Source: an uncultured Clostridia bacterium
GTDB lineage: Bacteria > Bacillota > Clostridia > Oscillospirales > CAG-272
Assembly (NCBI GenBank): GCA_945929845.1
Contig: CAMEON010000001.1
Coordinates: 8,060-72,059, forward strand
Length of the DNA stretch: 64,000 nucleotides
Direction of reading: 5' to 3'
Shown: in pieces, positions 33,750 to 43,382 of the stretch
How positions within the stretch are numbered: the first letter of the stretch is position 1
Layout of the letters: each line of letters begins with the position of its first letter
Notes under the pieces: model-generated
Databases searched by the model: none
Told to the model about the DNA's origin: nothing
What the model saw: only the letters and a program-made list of their open reading frames with translations
Program-made: the position numbers and the translations under genes

Positions 33750-34040
33750 TCACCCCTCTCCAAGAACCTGGCGGATGGCAATGCCGGCGTCCGAAAGGAC
33801 AGCGGAGACATTGCCTGACTGTATGCAGGGATATATCAAACCATAGGCACAGCCATGGTGGGTCTTTGCAGAACTGATTTTGGTGACGGATGTCCGGATG
33901 GAGGCATCCGCCAGAATACTTTGTGCTCGCAAGGTAAGGGTCATGGAGCCGATGACGGCGGTACAGGTACCGGGGTACTGAATGAAGGTACCCCCACCGC
34001 CCTCCGGCCCTGTGCTTCTACCGGAGCGTACATTACCCAT
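33750..34040 (-). CDS. DUF3343-like small protein (putative Se/S carrier)
   Basis: ATG 34038-34040 follows GAGGAGG. ...MTLTLRAQSILADASIRTSVTKISSAKTHHGCAYGLIY... fits the DUF3343 pattern. It sits immediately upstream of the desulfurase. Confidence 0.55.
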   Translation of the reverse strand: MGNVRSGRSTGPEGGGGTFIQYPGTCTAVIGSMTLTLRAQSILADASIRTSVTKISSAKTHHGCAYGLIYPCIQSGNVSAVLSDAGIAIRQVLGEG

Positions 34041-34125
34041 ATGCAACACCTCCTCACAGGCAGGATATGTCGCTCTGTGACGAAAGGTGACAGATGGAGC
34101 AAAAAGGACTCTGAATGTAAGCGTA

Positions 34126-35394
34126 CTACAAAGCCTGCGCTGTCTTTTCCTTCCACTGCCGAATGATCCAAACGCCCCACCCGAGGATGAAACTGCCGTT
34201 GCCCAGGAGGATCGGGACGCTGACACTGTCCTTGGCCAGCTGCATGGCCTCACTGAGATCCAGAATGGTGCGCACCATGGTGTCCGCCGCCGGGCCCAAC
34301 CAGCCGGGCGATATGACCTTCAGGAGGAAGGCCATGATGAGGGCACACAGGACGCTCTGACAGGCCTTGGCAATCAGATAGGGCTTGAAGGACAGTCCCC
34401 GGCCGGAGCAAAGCGTCATGATCTGACAGTGGACGGACAGACCGGACCACCCGGCGATGGCCGCCGACAGGATCAGTGCCGTGTGGCTGTTTGGCAGAGC
34501 CGATGCCTCACTGATACCGCCGGACAGCTCCAGAAAACCGCAGAGTATGGCGTACAGCCGCTGATCCATGCCCCCGGCCGCCTTGGCAAGGCAGGCCAGT
34601 GTACCGGACAGGGTGGAGAAAAAAATGACATAGGCACACACCAACAGCATACTGGAGGCGGCGCTGGAGACTGCCCCGGTGAACATCTCCACCCCGCCGG
34701 GATGCAGTCCGGAGGGGAAGTGGGGATGGGCCCGCTCCCCCCGCCTGCCACGGATGAAAAACCGGGCCAGGAAACCGACGGTCAGGGAACTGCCCAGCAC
34801 CGTAAAGTATAGCACGGTGCCCAACCGCCGGTTCCCGAACAGGGATACACCCACGGCAGTGATGAGAAAGGCGGAGCTGGGGTTGTTGGAAAAGGTCAGC
34901 AGATGCTCGCACTCGGACTTGGAGATCATGTTCCTGTCAAGCAGGGAAACAGCCGTCCGGGCACCCACAGGAAAGCCGCACAGGGAACCCAGTACCACAG
35001 CGGTGCTTCCGGCTCCGGACAGCCCGAAGACACCCCGCATGATGCGGGAGAAGATGCGACCCAGAGCCTCGCCGGCTCCGCTTTGTACCAACAGCTCGGA
35101 TATGACCATGATGGGGAACAGGGAGGGGATGACCGTGCGGGCGCACAGCACAAGGCCGCGGCCCATGTATTCCACCGCCACATCGGCGTTGTGCAGGATC
35201 AGGATCAGGCAAAAGGTGGACATGATGCAGAAGAAAGCCTGCCCTGCCGAGGGGATCTTGCGTGAGCGGCGGGTGTTGCCCCGGTCAGCATGGGTCTTTA
35301 TCTGCTTTTTTATATGCGGACCGGCGTGGCCAGGGGGCGAACCCTCTCCCCCTTTCGCTTTCTCCTCCTCCTTTGCTGTCTCCGTATTTGTCAT
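34126..35394 (-). CDS. ylbJ: Sporulation integral membrane protein YlbJ (nucleoside-recognition/Gate domains)
   Basis: A polytopic ORF containing ARTVIPSLFPIMVISELL. The start was chosen at ATG 35394 because ATG 35454 would overlap the divergent yqfC. Confidence 0.7.
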   Translation of the reverse strand: MTNTETAKEEEKAKGGEGSPPGHAGPHIKKQIKTHADRGNTRRSRKIPSAGQAFFCIMSTFCLILILHNADVAVEYMGRGLVLCARTVIPSLFPIMVISELLVQSGAGEALGRIFSRIMRGVFGLSGAGSTAVVLGSLCGFPVGARTAVSLLDRNMISKSECEHLLTFSNNPSSAFLITAVGVSLFGNRRLGTVLYFTVLGSSLTVGFLARFFIRGRRGERAHPHFPSGLHPGGVEMFTGAVSSAASSMLLVCAYVIFFSTLSGTLACLAKAAGGMDQRLYAILCGFLELSGGISEASALPNSHTALILSAAIAGWSGLSVHCQIMTLCSGRGLSFKPYLIAKACQSVLCALIMAFLLKVISPGWLGPAADTMVRTILDLSEAMQLAKDSVSVPILLGNGSFILGWGVWIIRQWKEKTAQAL

Positions 35395-35452
35395 GCAGCG
35401 TCCCCCCTTTGCATAGAATGCTGTAGAAATATATGACGAAAGAGGCAGGAAC

Positions 35453-35764
35453 ATGAGTCAGAAGGAAAAGAAACACCGCCCCCTGCCGGAGTGGCTGGCT
35501 GTCCGGCTGGATATTCCGCCGGATCTGTTCTCCGGAGGTGTACGGCTGGAATTGCGGGGGCAGGAGTCACTCACCGTGCATGGATGCCGCCGGATCACAG
35601 GGTATGAGCCAACCTGCATCCGGCTGGAGCTGAAAGATACCACGCTTCATATCCGTGGATGCCGTCTTGTCTGCACCTCCTACCTTGGCGGTGCGGTGGG
35701 AATCGATGGCCATATTGACGGGCTGTCCTTTGAAAAGCGAGGCGAAAAGGAGGAAGACCCATGA
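35453..35764 (+). CDS. yqfC: Sporulation protein YqfC (YabP family)
   Basis: 103 aa, with LELRGQESLTVHGCRRITGYEPTCIRLELKDTTLHIRGCRL typical of YabP/YqfC. It is followed by yqfD. Confidence 0.85.
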   Translation: MSQKEKKHRPLPEWLAVRLDIPPDLFSGGVRLELRGQESLTVHGCRRITGYEPTCIRLELKDTTLHIRGCRLVCTSYLGGAVGIDGHIDGLSFEKRGEKEEDP

Positions 35765-36984
35765 ATATCGCCTACAGCGTCACCGGGTGGCGACAGGTGT
35801 GTACGGATGCCTGTCATGCCGCCGGCTTGCTGGAGCTGTGTCGTGTGGGCGGGATCCCCTACGACGGTTTCACCGCCTGTGCGGACGGGGGGATCGCCAT
35901 CCGCCTGCGGTGCCACCCGGCCCACCGTCTTTTGACAGCCTGCCAGGAAAGGGAACTGCCTGTCACCGTTTCCCCGGTGCGGGGCCTGCCTGCCCTGCTT
36001 CCTCTCATCAAGCGGCGCGCCGGCATCCTTGTGGGAATGGCTCTGGGGATGGTTCTGCTTGTCCTTTCGTCTCAGATCGTCTGGGATATACGGGTCAGCG
36101 GGACACAGAACCTGTCCGCCCGGGATGTCAAGGATACCCTGGCGGCCTGCGGGTTCACAGTGGGAACCTCCCTCCGGCATTTCGCCGCCGATGTGACGGA
36201 GAACCGTGCCCTGCTCTATGACAGCCGCCTGGCATGGATCTCCATCAATCGCCGTGGCTGTGTGGCCTATGTGCAGGTGAGGGAGTCTGCCTACCCGCCA
36301 GAGGATGAGCAGGAGCGACCGGCTAACCTGGTGGCCGACCGGGCAGGCATCGTGGAGCGGGTGGAGCTTGTCCGTGGGAACCTGCTGGTATCAGCGGGAC
36401 AGCAAGTGGATCAGGGTCAGCTCCTGGTCAGCGGTCTGTACGACAGCGAGCGGGTAGGGTTCCGCTGGACCCATGCCGAAGGCAGGGTATTTGCACGAAC
36501 CGTGCGGGAATATCTCATTGAAATACCGCTTTCCTACCGGCAGGCACAGATAACGCACCCGTTGGATCTGTCTGCGGGGGGATATGAGAAGGAGATGACG
36601 CTGATTTTTTTCGGAAAAAACATAAAATTTTCAAAAAAGACTGGAAATGAGGGGGTAAAGTGTGATACAATAGAGAGTGAGAAAAATCTCAGCCTGATTC
36701 CGGGGATAGGATTCCCCATTTCCATCCGGACGACCTGGTACCTACCTACCGCCGAGGGGACGGAGGAAGACTTCGGAGCGGTACTCATGACACGAACACC
36801 GGCCGAGGCCGAGGAGCTGGCCTACATGGAACTGGCCCGCCGGATCTCGGAGATACCGGGCGGGGCGGAGCTGTTGAAGAAAACGGTGATCCCCACCCTG
36901 ACAGAGGACTGCTTCCGGTTGCAGGTCACGCTGGTCTGCGTGGAGGACATCGCCCGGGAGTCGGTCTTTGAAGTCACGGAATGA
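35761..36984 (+). CDS. yqfD: Sporulation protein YqfD
   Basis: 407 aa. The start overlaps the yqfC stop. A central TM segment is followed by IWDIRVSGTQNLSARDVKDTLAACGF. Confidence 0.85.
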   Translation: MNIAYSVTGWRQVCTDACHAAGLLELCRVGGIPYDGFTACADGGIAIRLRCHPAHRLLTACQERELPVTVSPVRGLPALLPLIKRRAGILVGMALGMVLLVLSSQIVWDIRVSGTQNLSARDVKDTLAACGFTVGTSLRHFAADVTENRALLYDSRLAWISINRRGCVAYVQVRESAYPPEDEQERPANLVADRAGIVERVELVRGNLLVSAGQQVDQGQLLVSGLYDSERVGFRWTHAEGRVFARTVREYLIEIPLSYRQAQITHPLDLSAGGYEKEMTLIFFGKNIKFSKKTGNEGVKCDTIESEKNLSLIPGIGFPISIRTTWYLPTAEGTEEDFGAVLMTRTPAEAEELAYMELARRISEIPGGAELLKKTVIPTLTEDCFRLQVTLVCVEDIARESVFEVTE

Positions 36985-37029
36985 GACCGCATATCAGGCA
37001 CGCATATACAGAAAGGGCAAGCTACATTC

Positions 37030-38082
37030 ATGATCCAGAGAGTTATCAGAATAGAAAATGCAGAAACCACTGCCGCCATCTTTGGGGCCTACGATGTCAA
37101 CACCCGGCTGATCGAGGGCCGGTTTGGCGTGGGCCTGCACAATAAGTCCGGGGAGGATGGCAGTGATGCGGTGGTCATCACCGGTGAGGATCAGGAGGCG
37201 GTCAACGCCGCCGCCTCCGCCGTGGAGTACCTGCGGGACATGGTGCGCTACAACGACCACCTGACCGAGCAGTCGGTGCGGTATGTGGTGGACATGATCG
37301 CCGACGGCCACAGCGGGGAGCTTACCCAGATCAGCCCGGACTGCATTTTCGTCACGGCCAAGGGAAAGCCGGTGAAGGCCAAAACCGCCGGACAGGTCCG
37401 GTATGTGGAGGCCATCCGGAAGAACACCATCGTGCTGGGGGTCGGCCCGGCCGGCACCGGAAAGACCTTCCTGGCCGTAGCCATGGCGGTCAAGGCCTTG
37501 CGGGACAAGCAGGTGTCACGGATCATCCTGACCCGACCGGCCATTGAAGCCGGCGAGCGGTTGGGCTTCCTTCCCGGTGACCTGCTCTCCAAGATCGACC
37601 CGTATCTGAGGCCCCTGTACGATGCGCTGGGGGAGATGCTCGGGGCGGAGGGACACCAGCGGCTGGTAGAGAAGGGCGTGATTGAGGTGGCTCCGCTGGC
37701 ATACATGCGAGGACGCACCCTGGACGATGCCTTCATCATTCTGGACGAGGCGCAGAACGCCACCCCGGAGCAGGTGAAAATGTTTCTGACCCGCCTGGGC
37801 TTCGGCTCCAAGGTGGTTGTCACCGGAGACCTTACCCAGACCGACCTGCCGAACGGGCAGAAGTCAGGGCTTGCCTCGGCGGTGAAGATCCTGGACGGGA
37901 TCGACGACATCGCCATCCAGTACCTGACCGAGAAGGATGTGGTCAGGCACCACCTGGTGCAGAAGATCATCCTTGCCTATGATAAGTATGACCGGGCCGA
38001 GGCGGAGAAGAACGCCCGGCGACAGTCAGCGGGGAAGCGTACCTACCGGCCCGGAGGACATGACAGCGGGCCGAGATCATGA
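37030..38082 (+). CDS. phoH: PhoH-family ATPase
   Basis: Walker A is GPAGTGKTFLAVAMAV and Walker B is FIILDEAQN. The context yqfD-phoH-ybeY is conserved. Confidence 0.9.
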   Translation: MIQRVIRIENAETTAAIFGAYDVNTRLIEGRFGVGLHNKSGEDGSDAVVITGEDQEAVNAAASAVEYLRDMVRYNDHLTEQSVRYVVDMIADGHSGELTQISPDCIFVTAKGKPVKAKTAGQVRYVEAIRKNTIVLGVGPAGTGKTFLAVAMAVKALRDKQVSRIILTRPAIEAGERLGFLPGDLLSKIDPYLRPLYDALGEMLGAEGHQRLVEKGVIEVAPLAYMRGRTLDDAFIILDEAQNATPEQVKMFLTRLGFGSKVVVTGDLTQTDLPNGQKSGLASAVKILDGIDDIAIQYLTEKDVVRHHLVQKIILAYDKYDRAEAEKNARRQSAGKRTYRPGGHDSGPRS

Positions 38083-38621
38083 ATCATAAAACAAAAGAAA
38101 AACAAAAAGGAGATACCGCCATGCAAACCGTCAGCCGTATGATCTACTTTTCCAACAATCAGGATAAGGAGCCCATTACATACAAGCTCAAAATGCTCAT
38201 GCGCCGGGCTGTGGATGCCACCCTGGATCACGAGCAGTACACCAACCCCTGCGAGGTGTCCCTGACTTTCACAGACAACCAGCAGATCCACGCCCTGAAC
38301 CTGCAATACAGGCAGGTGGACAGACCCACCGATGTGCTGTCCTTCCCCCTGACGGATTACAGCGGAGGCAGTGAGGAGCCGGTGGCGGATGAGCCGGTGG
38401 TGTCCCTGGGTGACATTGTCATCTCTCTGGAGAAGGCCAGGGAGCAGGCACAGGAGTACGGGCATTCCTTCGAGCGGGAGGTGGCCTTCCTTTGCGTCCA
38501 CTCCATGCTCCATCTGCTGGGGTACGACCACGAGACCGAGGCAGAGGAGACGGATATGCGGGAGAGACAGCGCCGGATCATGGAGGAAATGGGCCTGGGT
38601 CTGCCTGCGGAGCAGTCATGA
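38079..38621 (+). CDS. ybeY: rRNA maturation endoribonuclease YbeY
   Basis: The zinc motif is HSMLHLLGYDH. An ATGA overlap with the phoH stop supports the start. Alternative internal starts exist at M15 and M21. Confidence 0.9.
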   Translation: MNHKTKEKQKGDTAMQTVSRMIYFSNNQDKEPITYKLKMLMRRAVDATLDHEQYTNPCEVSLTFTDNQQIHALNLQYRQVDRPTDVLSFPLTDYSGGSEEPVADEPVVSLGDIVISLEKAREQAQEYGHSFEREVAFLCVHSMLHLLGYDHETEAEETDMRERQRRIMEEMGLGLPAEQS

Positions 38622-39079
38622 GATGGCAGTACCGTGACCTTGAGACCAGGCGGCGGAACCGATTGATCCTCCTGGCCGTGTTGGTCATCCTTGCCATGAG
38701 TGTCCTGCTTCTGGTAGGGCCTACCAGCGTGGCCCAGTTGATCACCCTGAAGGATCTGGAGCTTTCCTCCGGCGGCCTGCCGGAGGACACAGTGACCAAC
38801 CCGACCAAGAATCTGACCCTGGAGGATGTGCGGGATGTGGTCACAATCCACCAGCCTCAACTGTACTACTTCAATGAATACTTCCACACCACCGTTGTGA
38901 AGCAGGAATGGACCTACACGCAATTCCCCATCGGCGAGGAGTATGAGATACTGTTTGTGGAGCGTGACGGCTCCCTCTTGGAGGTGTCCATCATGAACAT
39001 CGCCGCCGGGGATCGGCTGGATCTGACCTGCGGCGTGTCGGAGTCATCCTTCGATGCCTTTGTCAAGGCCCATGAATAA
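38618..39079 (+). CDS. Hypothetical membrane-anchored protein
   Basis: ATG 38618 overlaps the ybeY stop (ATGA). One N-terminal TM segment (LILLAVLVILAMSVLLLV) is followed by a soluble domain. I recognise no motif. Confidence 0.6.
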   Translation: MRWQYRDLETRRRNRLILLAVLVILAMSVLLLVGPTSVAQLITLKDLELSSGGLPEDTVTNPTKNLTLEDVRDVVTIHQPQLYYFNEYFHTTVVKQEWTYTQFPIGEEYEILFVERDGSLLEVSIMNIAAGDRLDLTCGVSESSFDAFVKAHE

Positions 39080-39090
39080 AGGAAAAACCA

Positions 39091-40011
39091 ATGAACCAAA
39101 AGGAATATAACAATATGAATACAAGAAAGACCGGATGTATCGCCATTGTGGGGCGACCCAATGTGGGCAAGTCCACCCTGCTCAACGCCATCCTGGGGGA
39201 GAAGGTGGCCATCGTGTCCGCCAAGCCCCAGACCACCCGCAACCGCATCACAGGGATCCTGACCCGTGGGGAGGAGCAGTTTGTCTTCCTGGACACCCCC
39301 GGTATCTTCCAGCCCAGAAACTCACTGAACAGCTACATGGTCAGGACAGCCAACGCCTCCATTCAGGACGCTGACGCTGTGGTTCTGGTCGCCGATGCCG
39401 GGCGGGAGGTCTCCCAGGTGGAGAGCCGGGTAATGGAACACTGCAAAAAGCAGGAGGTGCCCTGTATTCTGGCCCTGTCCAAGGCAGACCTGTACACCGG
39501 GCAGGAGGTAGCGGAAGCCATCCTGCGGTACGCACCGCTCCATGACTTCGCCGCCGTGGTGCCCCTGTCAGCCAAAACAGGGAAGGGCGTGTCCGATCTT
39601 CTGGATGAATGCCGTCATTTCCTGCATGAGTCGGACTGGTTCTTCCCGGAGGACATCGCCACCGACCAGACCGAGCGTCAGATGGCGGCGGAGATCATCC
39701 GGGAGAAGATCCTGCGCACCCTGAATAAGGAGATTCCCCATGGCGTAGCCGTGGTGATCGAGCAGTTCACAGAGGATGCCAAGACAGGCATGATCAGCAT
39801 CCGGGCGGAAATATACTGCGAGAAGGCCTCCCACAAGGGGATCATTGTCGGCAAGGGCGGAGAGGAGCTGAAGCGCATCGGCTCCTATGCCAGGGCTGAC
39901 ATGGAGGCATTGTTCGGCACCAAGGTATACCTGGATCTGTGGGTCAAGGTGAAGGAGAACTGGCGGGAGAGCGAGGTCAGCGTGACCAATTTCGGGTACA
40001 GGGACAACTGA
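39091..40011 (+). CDS. era: GTPase Era
   Basis: The G1 motif is GRPNVGKSTLLN and DTPG is present. There is a C-terminal KH domain. The context ybeY-era-recO is conserved. Confidence 0.95.
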   Translation: MNQKEYNNMNTRKTGCIAIVGRPNVGKSTLLNAILGEKVAIVSAKPQTTRNRITGILTRGEEQFVFLDTPGIFQPRNSLNSYMVRTANASIQDADAVVLVADAGREVSQVESRVMEHCKKQEVPCILALSKADLYTGQEVAEAILRYAPLHDFAAVVPLSAKTGKGVSDLLDECRHFLHESDWFFPEDIATDQTERQMAAEIIREKILRTLNKEIPHGVAVVIEQFTEDAKTGMISIRAEIYCEKASHKGIIVGKGGEELKRIGSYARADMEALFGTKVYLDLWVKVKENWRESEVSVTNFGYRDN

Positions 40012-40042
40012 AGCACTGACCTGACGGGAAAGGAGGGACGGT

Positions 40043-40867
40043 ATGCTGATCACCACTGACGGTCTGGTGGCTCGGGTGTTTGACGGGAGCGGCACCGACC
40101 GATACATACATCTGCTCACACCGACCAGAGGGCGACTGACTGTCACCATCAAGAACGGGCAGAGCGGCCGTGCCTCCATCGCTTCCTACACCCAGCTTTT
40201 CACCTACGGGAATTATGAGCTATACGAAAAGAATAAAAGGTACTGGTTGCGGAACGGATCCGTGGCGCATACCTTCTACAACCTGACCACAGACCTTGAG
40301 AAAATGGCACTGGCTTCCTATCTCTGCGACCTGACCTGCGAGATGACCAACGACGAGGAGGGGGAGGAGACAGACCCGGCCGAGGAGAGCGGGGCACTCT
40401 TGCGGATGCTGCTCAACGCCCTGTATGTGATCCACACGGGGGAGAAACCGATGTCCATCGTCAAGGGCGTGTTTGAACTGCGGGCGGCGGCCATGGCGGG
40501 GTATGCCCCATCGGTGGTAGGATGTGCCCTGTGCCATGAGGGACACCCGGCGGAGAGCTACCTGGATGTCATGAACGGCAGGCTGATCTGCGCCGACTGC
40601 CAGACAAAGCGCAACCGGGCGGGGGGCATGATCACGCAAATGCAGGACAATGAACTCGGAGAGCGAAGCATTCTCCTGCCCCTGTCGTCATCGGTGCTGG
40701 CCGCCGTCCGGTATGCGCTGGGTGCCCAGGAAAAGAAGATCTTTTCCTTTACCCTCAAAGACAAGGGAGAGGAAGCCGCCTTTGCCAAGGTGGCGGAGAC
40801 TTTCCTGCTCAATCATCTGGAACGGGGCTTTGATACGCTGGATTTTTACCATTCGGTGAAAAAATAG
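40043..40867 (+). CDS. recO: DNA repair protein RecO
   Basis: 274 aa, located downstream of era. It has the zinc-finger pairs CALCHEG...CADCQTK. Confidence 0.85.
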   Translation: MLITTDGLVARVFDGSGTDRYIHLLTPTRGRLTVTIKNGQSGRASIASYTQLFTYGNYELYEKNKRYWLRNGSVAHTFYNLTTDLEKMALASYLCDLTCEMTNDEEGEETDPAEESGALLRMLLNALYVIHTGEKPMSIVKGVFELRAAAMAGYAPSVVGCALCHEGHPAESYLDVMNGRLICADCQTKRNRAGGMITQMQDNELGERSILLPLSSSVLAAVRYALGAQEKKIFSFTLKDKGEEAAFAKVAETFLLNHLERGFDTLDFYHSVKK

Positions 40868-40869
40868 GA

Positions 40870-40892
40870 AAGGGCGGTCAACCGCCCTTTTT
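40870..40892. terminator. Terminator between convergent recO and the DUF2079-like gene
   Basis: AAGGGCGG / TCAA / CCGCCCTT followed by TTTTT. Confidence 0.6.
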
Positions 40893-42782
40893 GAGTATGA
40901 TAAACAGATCCTGATCCGCATAGGCCGGGTCTTCCACATAGCCCTGCGCCAGGTACGCATCAATGTGCGCCTTGTAGGAATTCTTATACCGGCTGTCCAC
41001 TACCACATAGTCCACATCCGCCGCATCGCCGTGGTAGTTCAGCTCGTATACCTCATCCCGGTCGGCTACATGGGAGACGATCCAGGTCGTGGTACAAATG
41101 GACGCATCCTCGGGCAGGGTGTCCAGGATTGCATCCATCTGCCGGTAGGTGTCCTTGCCACCTGACCAGCGTTCGGTATAAGTGCCCAGAGAGGGCAGAA
41201 CCGTGACGATGTACAGGCAACAGCAGGCGGCGGCTCCAAAGGCGAGCAGGTTCCTGCGCAGGGGCACCTTCAGCTCCGGCAGGTTCTGGATCATGGCGTA
41301 GAACAGGAAAGCCGTAATGCCGAACTGGTACTGGAAGCCGATGTCGTACTGGTACTTGTACATGGTCAAAAGGTTCATGAGAATGGGTGTAATCAACAGC
41401 CAGCGGGAGGGCTTCTTGGTACAGAACGGGATGAACCCCAGGGGCAGGAACATCTGGAGGAAGTAGACCACCTTCTCCCAGTTGTAGTTGTCCGCGGAAG
41501 TCCAAGTGTTCTTGGAGGTGGAGAAAAGCTGGGTCAAAAGGTACCCGGGATTCTTCAGAGCAGTTTTCACCGCACCCCAAAGCCCGTCCTCCGAGGAAAG
41601 AATCAGGTTATTGAACCGGTTGACCATCGGCCCGGCGATGGCGGGACTGGCGGTCAGCCCCAGTTCCTCATAGTATGCGGCATAGTGGGAGCTGGTTTTG
41701 GTGAGGATCAGCATGGCCACCCCGAACCAGGCCATGGCGCCCACAGCCAGGATCGTGCCGTGCAGATACTTCTTTTTTGAAAGCAGGACATACAGCGCAA
41801 AGAGGATCACATAGACAGCCGCATCCTCCTTGACCATCAGCACGCCCACGGCGAAAAGGTACATGGGCAGGTACTTCTCCCGCTCAAAGAAGTAGAACAT
41901 CCAAAGGAGCAGGGGAGCCAGGAAGCAGTTCTCATGGATGTCGTAGAAGCACCCGGCGGACAGGGCTGGGTACAGGGAGTAGATGAGACAGACCAGCAAG
42001 GTGGACTTTCCGGACAGCTGGAAGTGACGGCAGAGGAGCAGGATGGGAATGACTCCACTGCACAGGATCACCGCCTGCCCGATCTGTAGGGTCATGGGGG
42101 AGGGGAAGATAAAGTAGAAGGGAAGAAGCAGGTAGTAAATGGGCGAGATGTGTACCACGAAATGGGACAGCAGGACATTCCGCTCACTGGTCACCAGGGG
42201 CAGTCCGGTCTCCTTCATGTAATGGAACATGTTGCAGAACAGGCCGAAGTCAAAGTTGGGAGAGGAGAAGGTGGCATATCGCAGACAGGTAATGACGGCA
42301 ATGACCGTGCCGCCGGTCAGACCGCACACCGTCGCCACGATGATCTGCGTTTTCTTGCCAGGCTTCCACTTTTCAAAGAGTAGGTCGTTCTGCTGGATGA
42401 AGTAGACCAAAAACAGCGCATAGGCCACCAGCACGGCCAGAACGAACAGGAAGGTGTTGTTGTCGCCGGGGTAGTCGGTCAGCCACTTGCACACGCAGAG
42501 GGTGGCCGCCAATAACAGGAACCAGGTGTCCGTTTCATACCGGGGAAGCAGAACGGAAATGACCGTATAGACCAGAAAGGACAGGACGCAACACAGTAGC
42601 AGGCTACCCATAGAGGTGTCTGCCAGGAAAGAGAGGTCGGTGAAGACAACCTCACTGTCCGCAAAGATCAGGGAGAAGGCCGCAAAGGTACACCAGGCGG
42701 CAATGATCCGGCAGATGACACGCTCCCGGGTCAGGGCGGGCTTCAGCTTTTCCAGAAAAAACTGTGCGGAAGACTGCCTCAT
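40878..42782 (-). CDS. Large polytopic membrane protein (DUF2079-like)
   Basis: 634 aa with many hydrophobic helices and a soluble C-terminal domain. The family assignment is from memory of similar proteins, not a search. Confidence 0.6.
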   Translation of the reverse strand: MRQSSAQFFLEKLKPALTRERVICRIIAAWCTFAAFSLIFADSEVVFTDLSFLADTSMGSLLLCCVLSFLVYTVISVLLPRYETDTWFLLLAATLCVCKWLTDYPGDNNTFLFVLAVLVAYALFLVYFIQQNDLLFEKWKPGKKTQIIVATVCGLTGGTVIAVITCLRYATFSSPNFDFGLFCNMFHYMKETGLPLVTSERNVLLSHFVVHISPIYYLLLPFYFIFPSPMTLQIGQAVILCSGVIPILLLCRHFQLSGKSTLLVCLIYSLYPALSAGCFYDIHENCFLAPLLLWMFYFFEREKYLPMYLFAVGVLMVKEDAAVYVILFALYVLLSKKKYLHGTILAVGAMAWFGVAMLILTKTSSHYAAYYEELGLTASPAIAGPMVNRFNNLILSSEDGLWGAVKTALKNPGYLLTQLFSTSKNTWTSADNYNWEKVVYFLQMFLPLGFIPFCTKKPSRWLLITPILMNLLTMYKYQYDIGFQYQFGITAFLFYAMIQNLPELKVPLRRNLLAFGAAACCCLYIVTVLPSLGTYTERWSGGKDTYRQMDAILDTLPEDASICTTTWIVSHVADRDEVYELNYHGDAADVDYVVVDSRYKNSYKAHIDAYLAQGYVEDPAYADQDLFIILKKGG

Positions 42783-43327
42783 GCCTTGCCCTCCTTTGAT
42801 GCGGAAAACTTTTCGTTGTAGAGTTCAATACAGTTGCTGACGATCTCCTGGGCCTCCCGGTAGTTGAACAGTTCCTTGACAGCGGTCTGCTTGTTTTCCA
42901 GTTGCTTGTACACCGAGAAGAAGTGCATGATTTCGTCAAAGATGTGGGACGGCAGTTCGTCGATGGATGTGACTCCCCGGTAGGTGGGATCAGAGAAGGG
43001 GACGGCAATAATCTTGTCGTCCAGCTTGCCGCCGTCGATCATCCGCAGGGCACCGATGGGGTAGACCCGTACCAGCGTCAGGGGGTACAGCGGTTCGGAG
43101 CAGAGCACCAGCACATCCAGAGGGTCGCCGTCGTCGGCGTAGGTGCGGGGGATGAACCCGTAATTGGCGGGATAGTGGGTGGCGGTGTACAGCACCCTGT
43201 CCAGACGGACAAGACCGGTCTTCTTGTCCAGCTCGTACTTACAGGAACTGCCTTTGGGAATCTCCACCACAGCGGAAAAATCGGTGGGTGTGATCTCTGC
43301 CGGATCCATGTCATGCCAGATATTCAT
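42779..43327 (-). CDS. ppa: Inorganic pyrophosphatase (family I)
   Basis: The start MNIWHDMDP follows GGAGGA. VVEIPKGSSCKYELDK and the DGDPLDVLVL motifs are present. Confidence 0.9.
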   Translation of the reverse strand: MNIWHDMDPAEITPTDFSAVVEIPKGSSCKYELDKKTGLVRLDRVLYTATHYPANYGFIPRTYADDGDPLDVLVLCSEPLYPLTLVRVYPIGALRMIDGGKLDDKIIAVPFSDPTYRGVTSIDELPSHIFDEIMHFFSVYKQLENKQTAVKELFNYREAQEIVSNCIELYNEKFSASKEGKA

Positions 43328-43382
43328 TGCTTCGTGTCCTCCGTATTCATACATTCAATGGTGGGTGGTTCGGTGCAGACGC

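Noticed and set aside
33750-34253. Full 167-aa extent of the minus-strand ORF upstream of the desulfurase
   Set aside because: Only the last 96 codons (from ATG 34040 with GAGGAGG) look like a DUF3343-type protein. The upstream part is Ser/Arg/Gly-rich, lacks an SD and overlaps the 3' end of ylbJ (stop at 34126).
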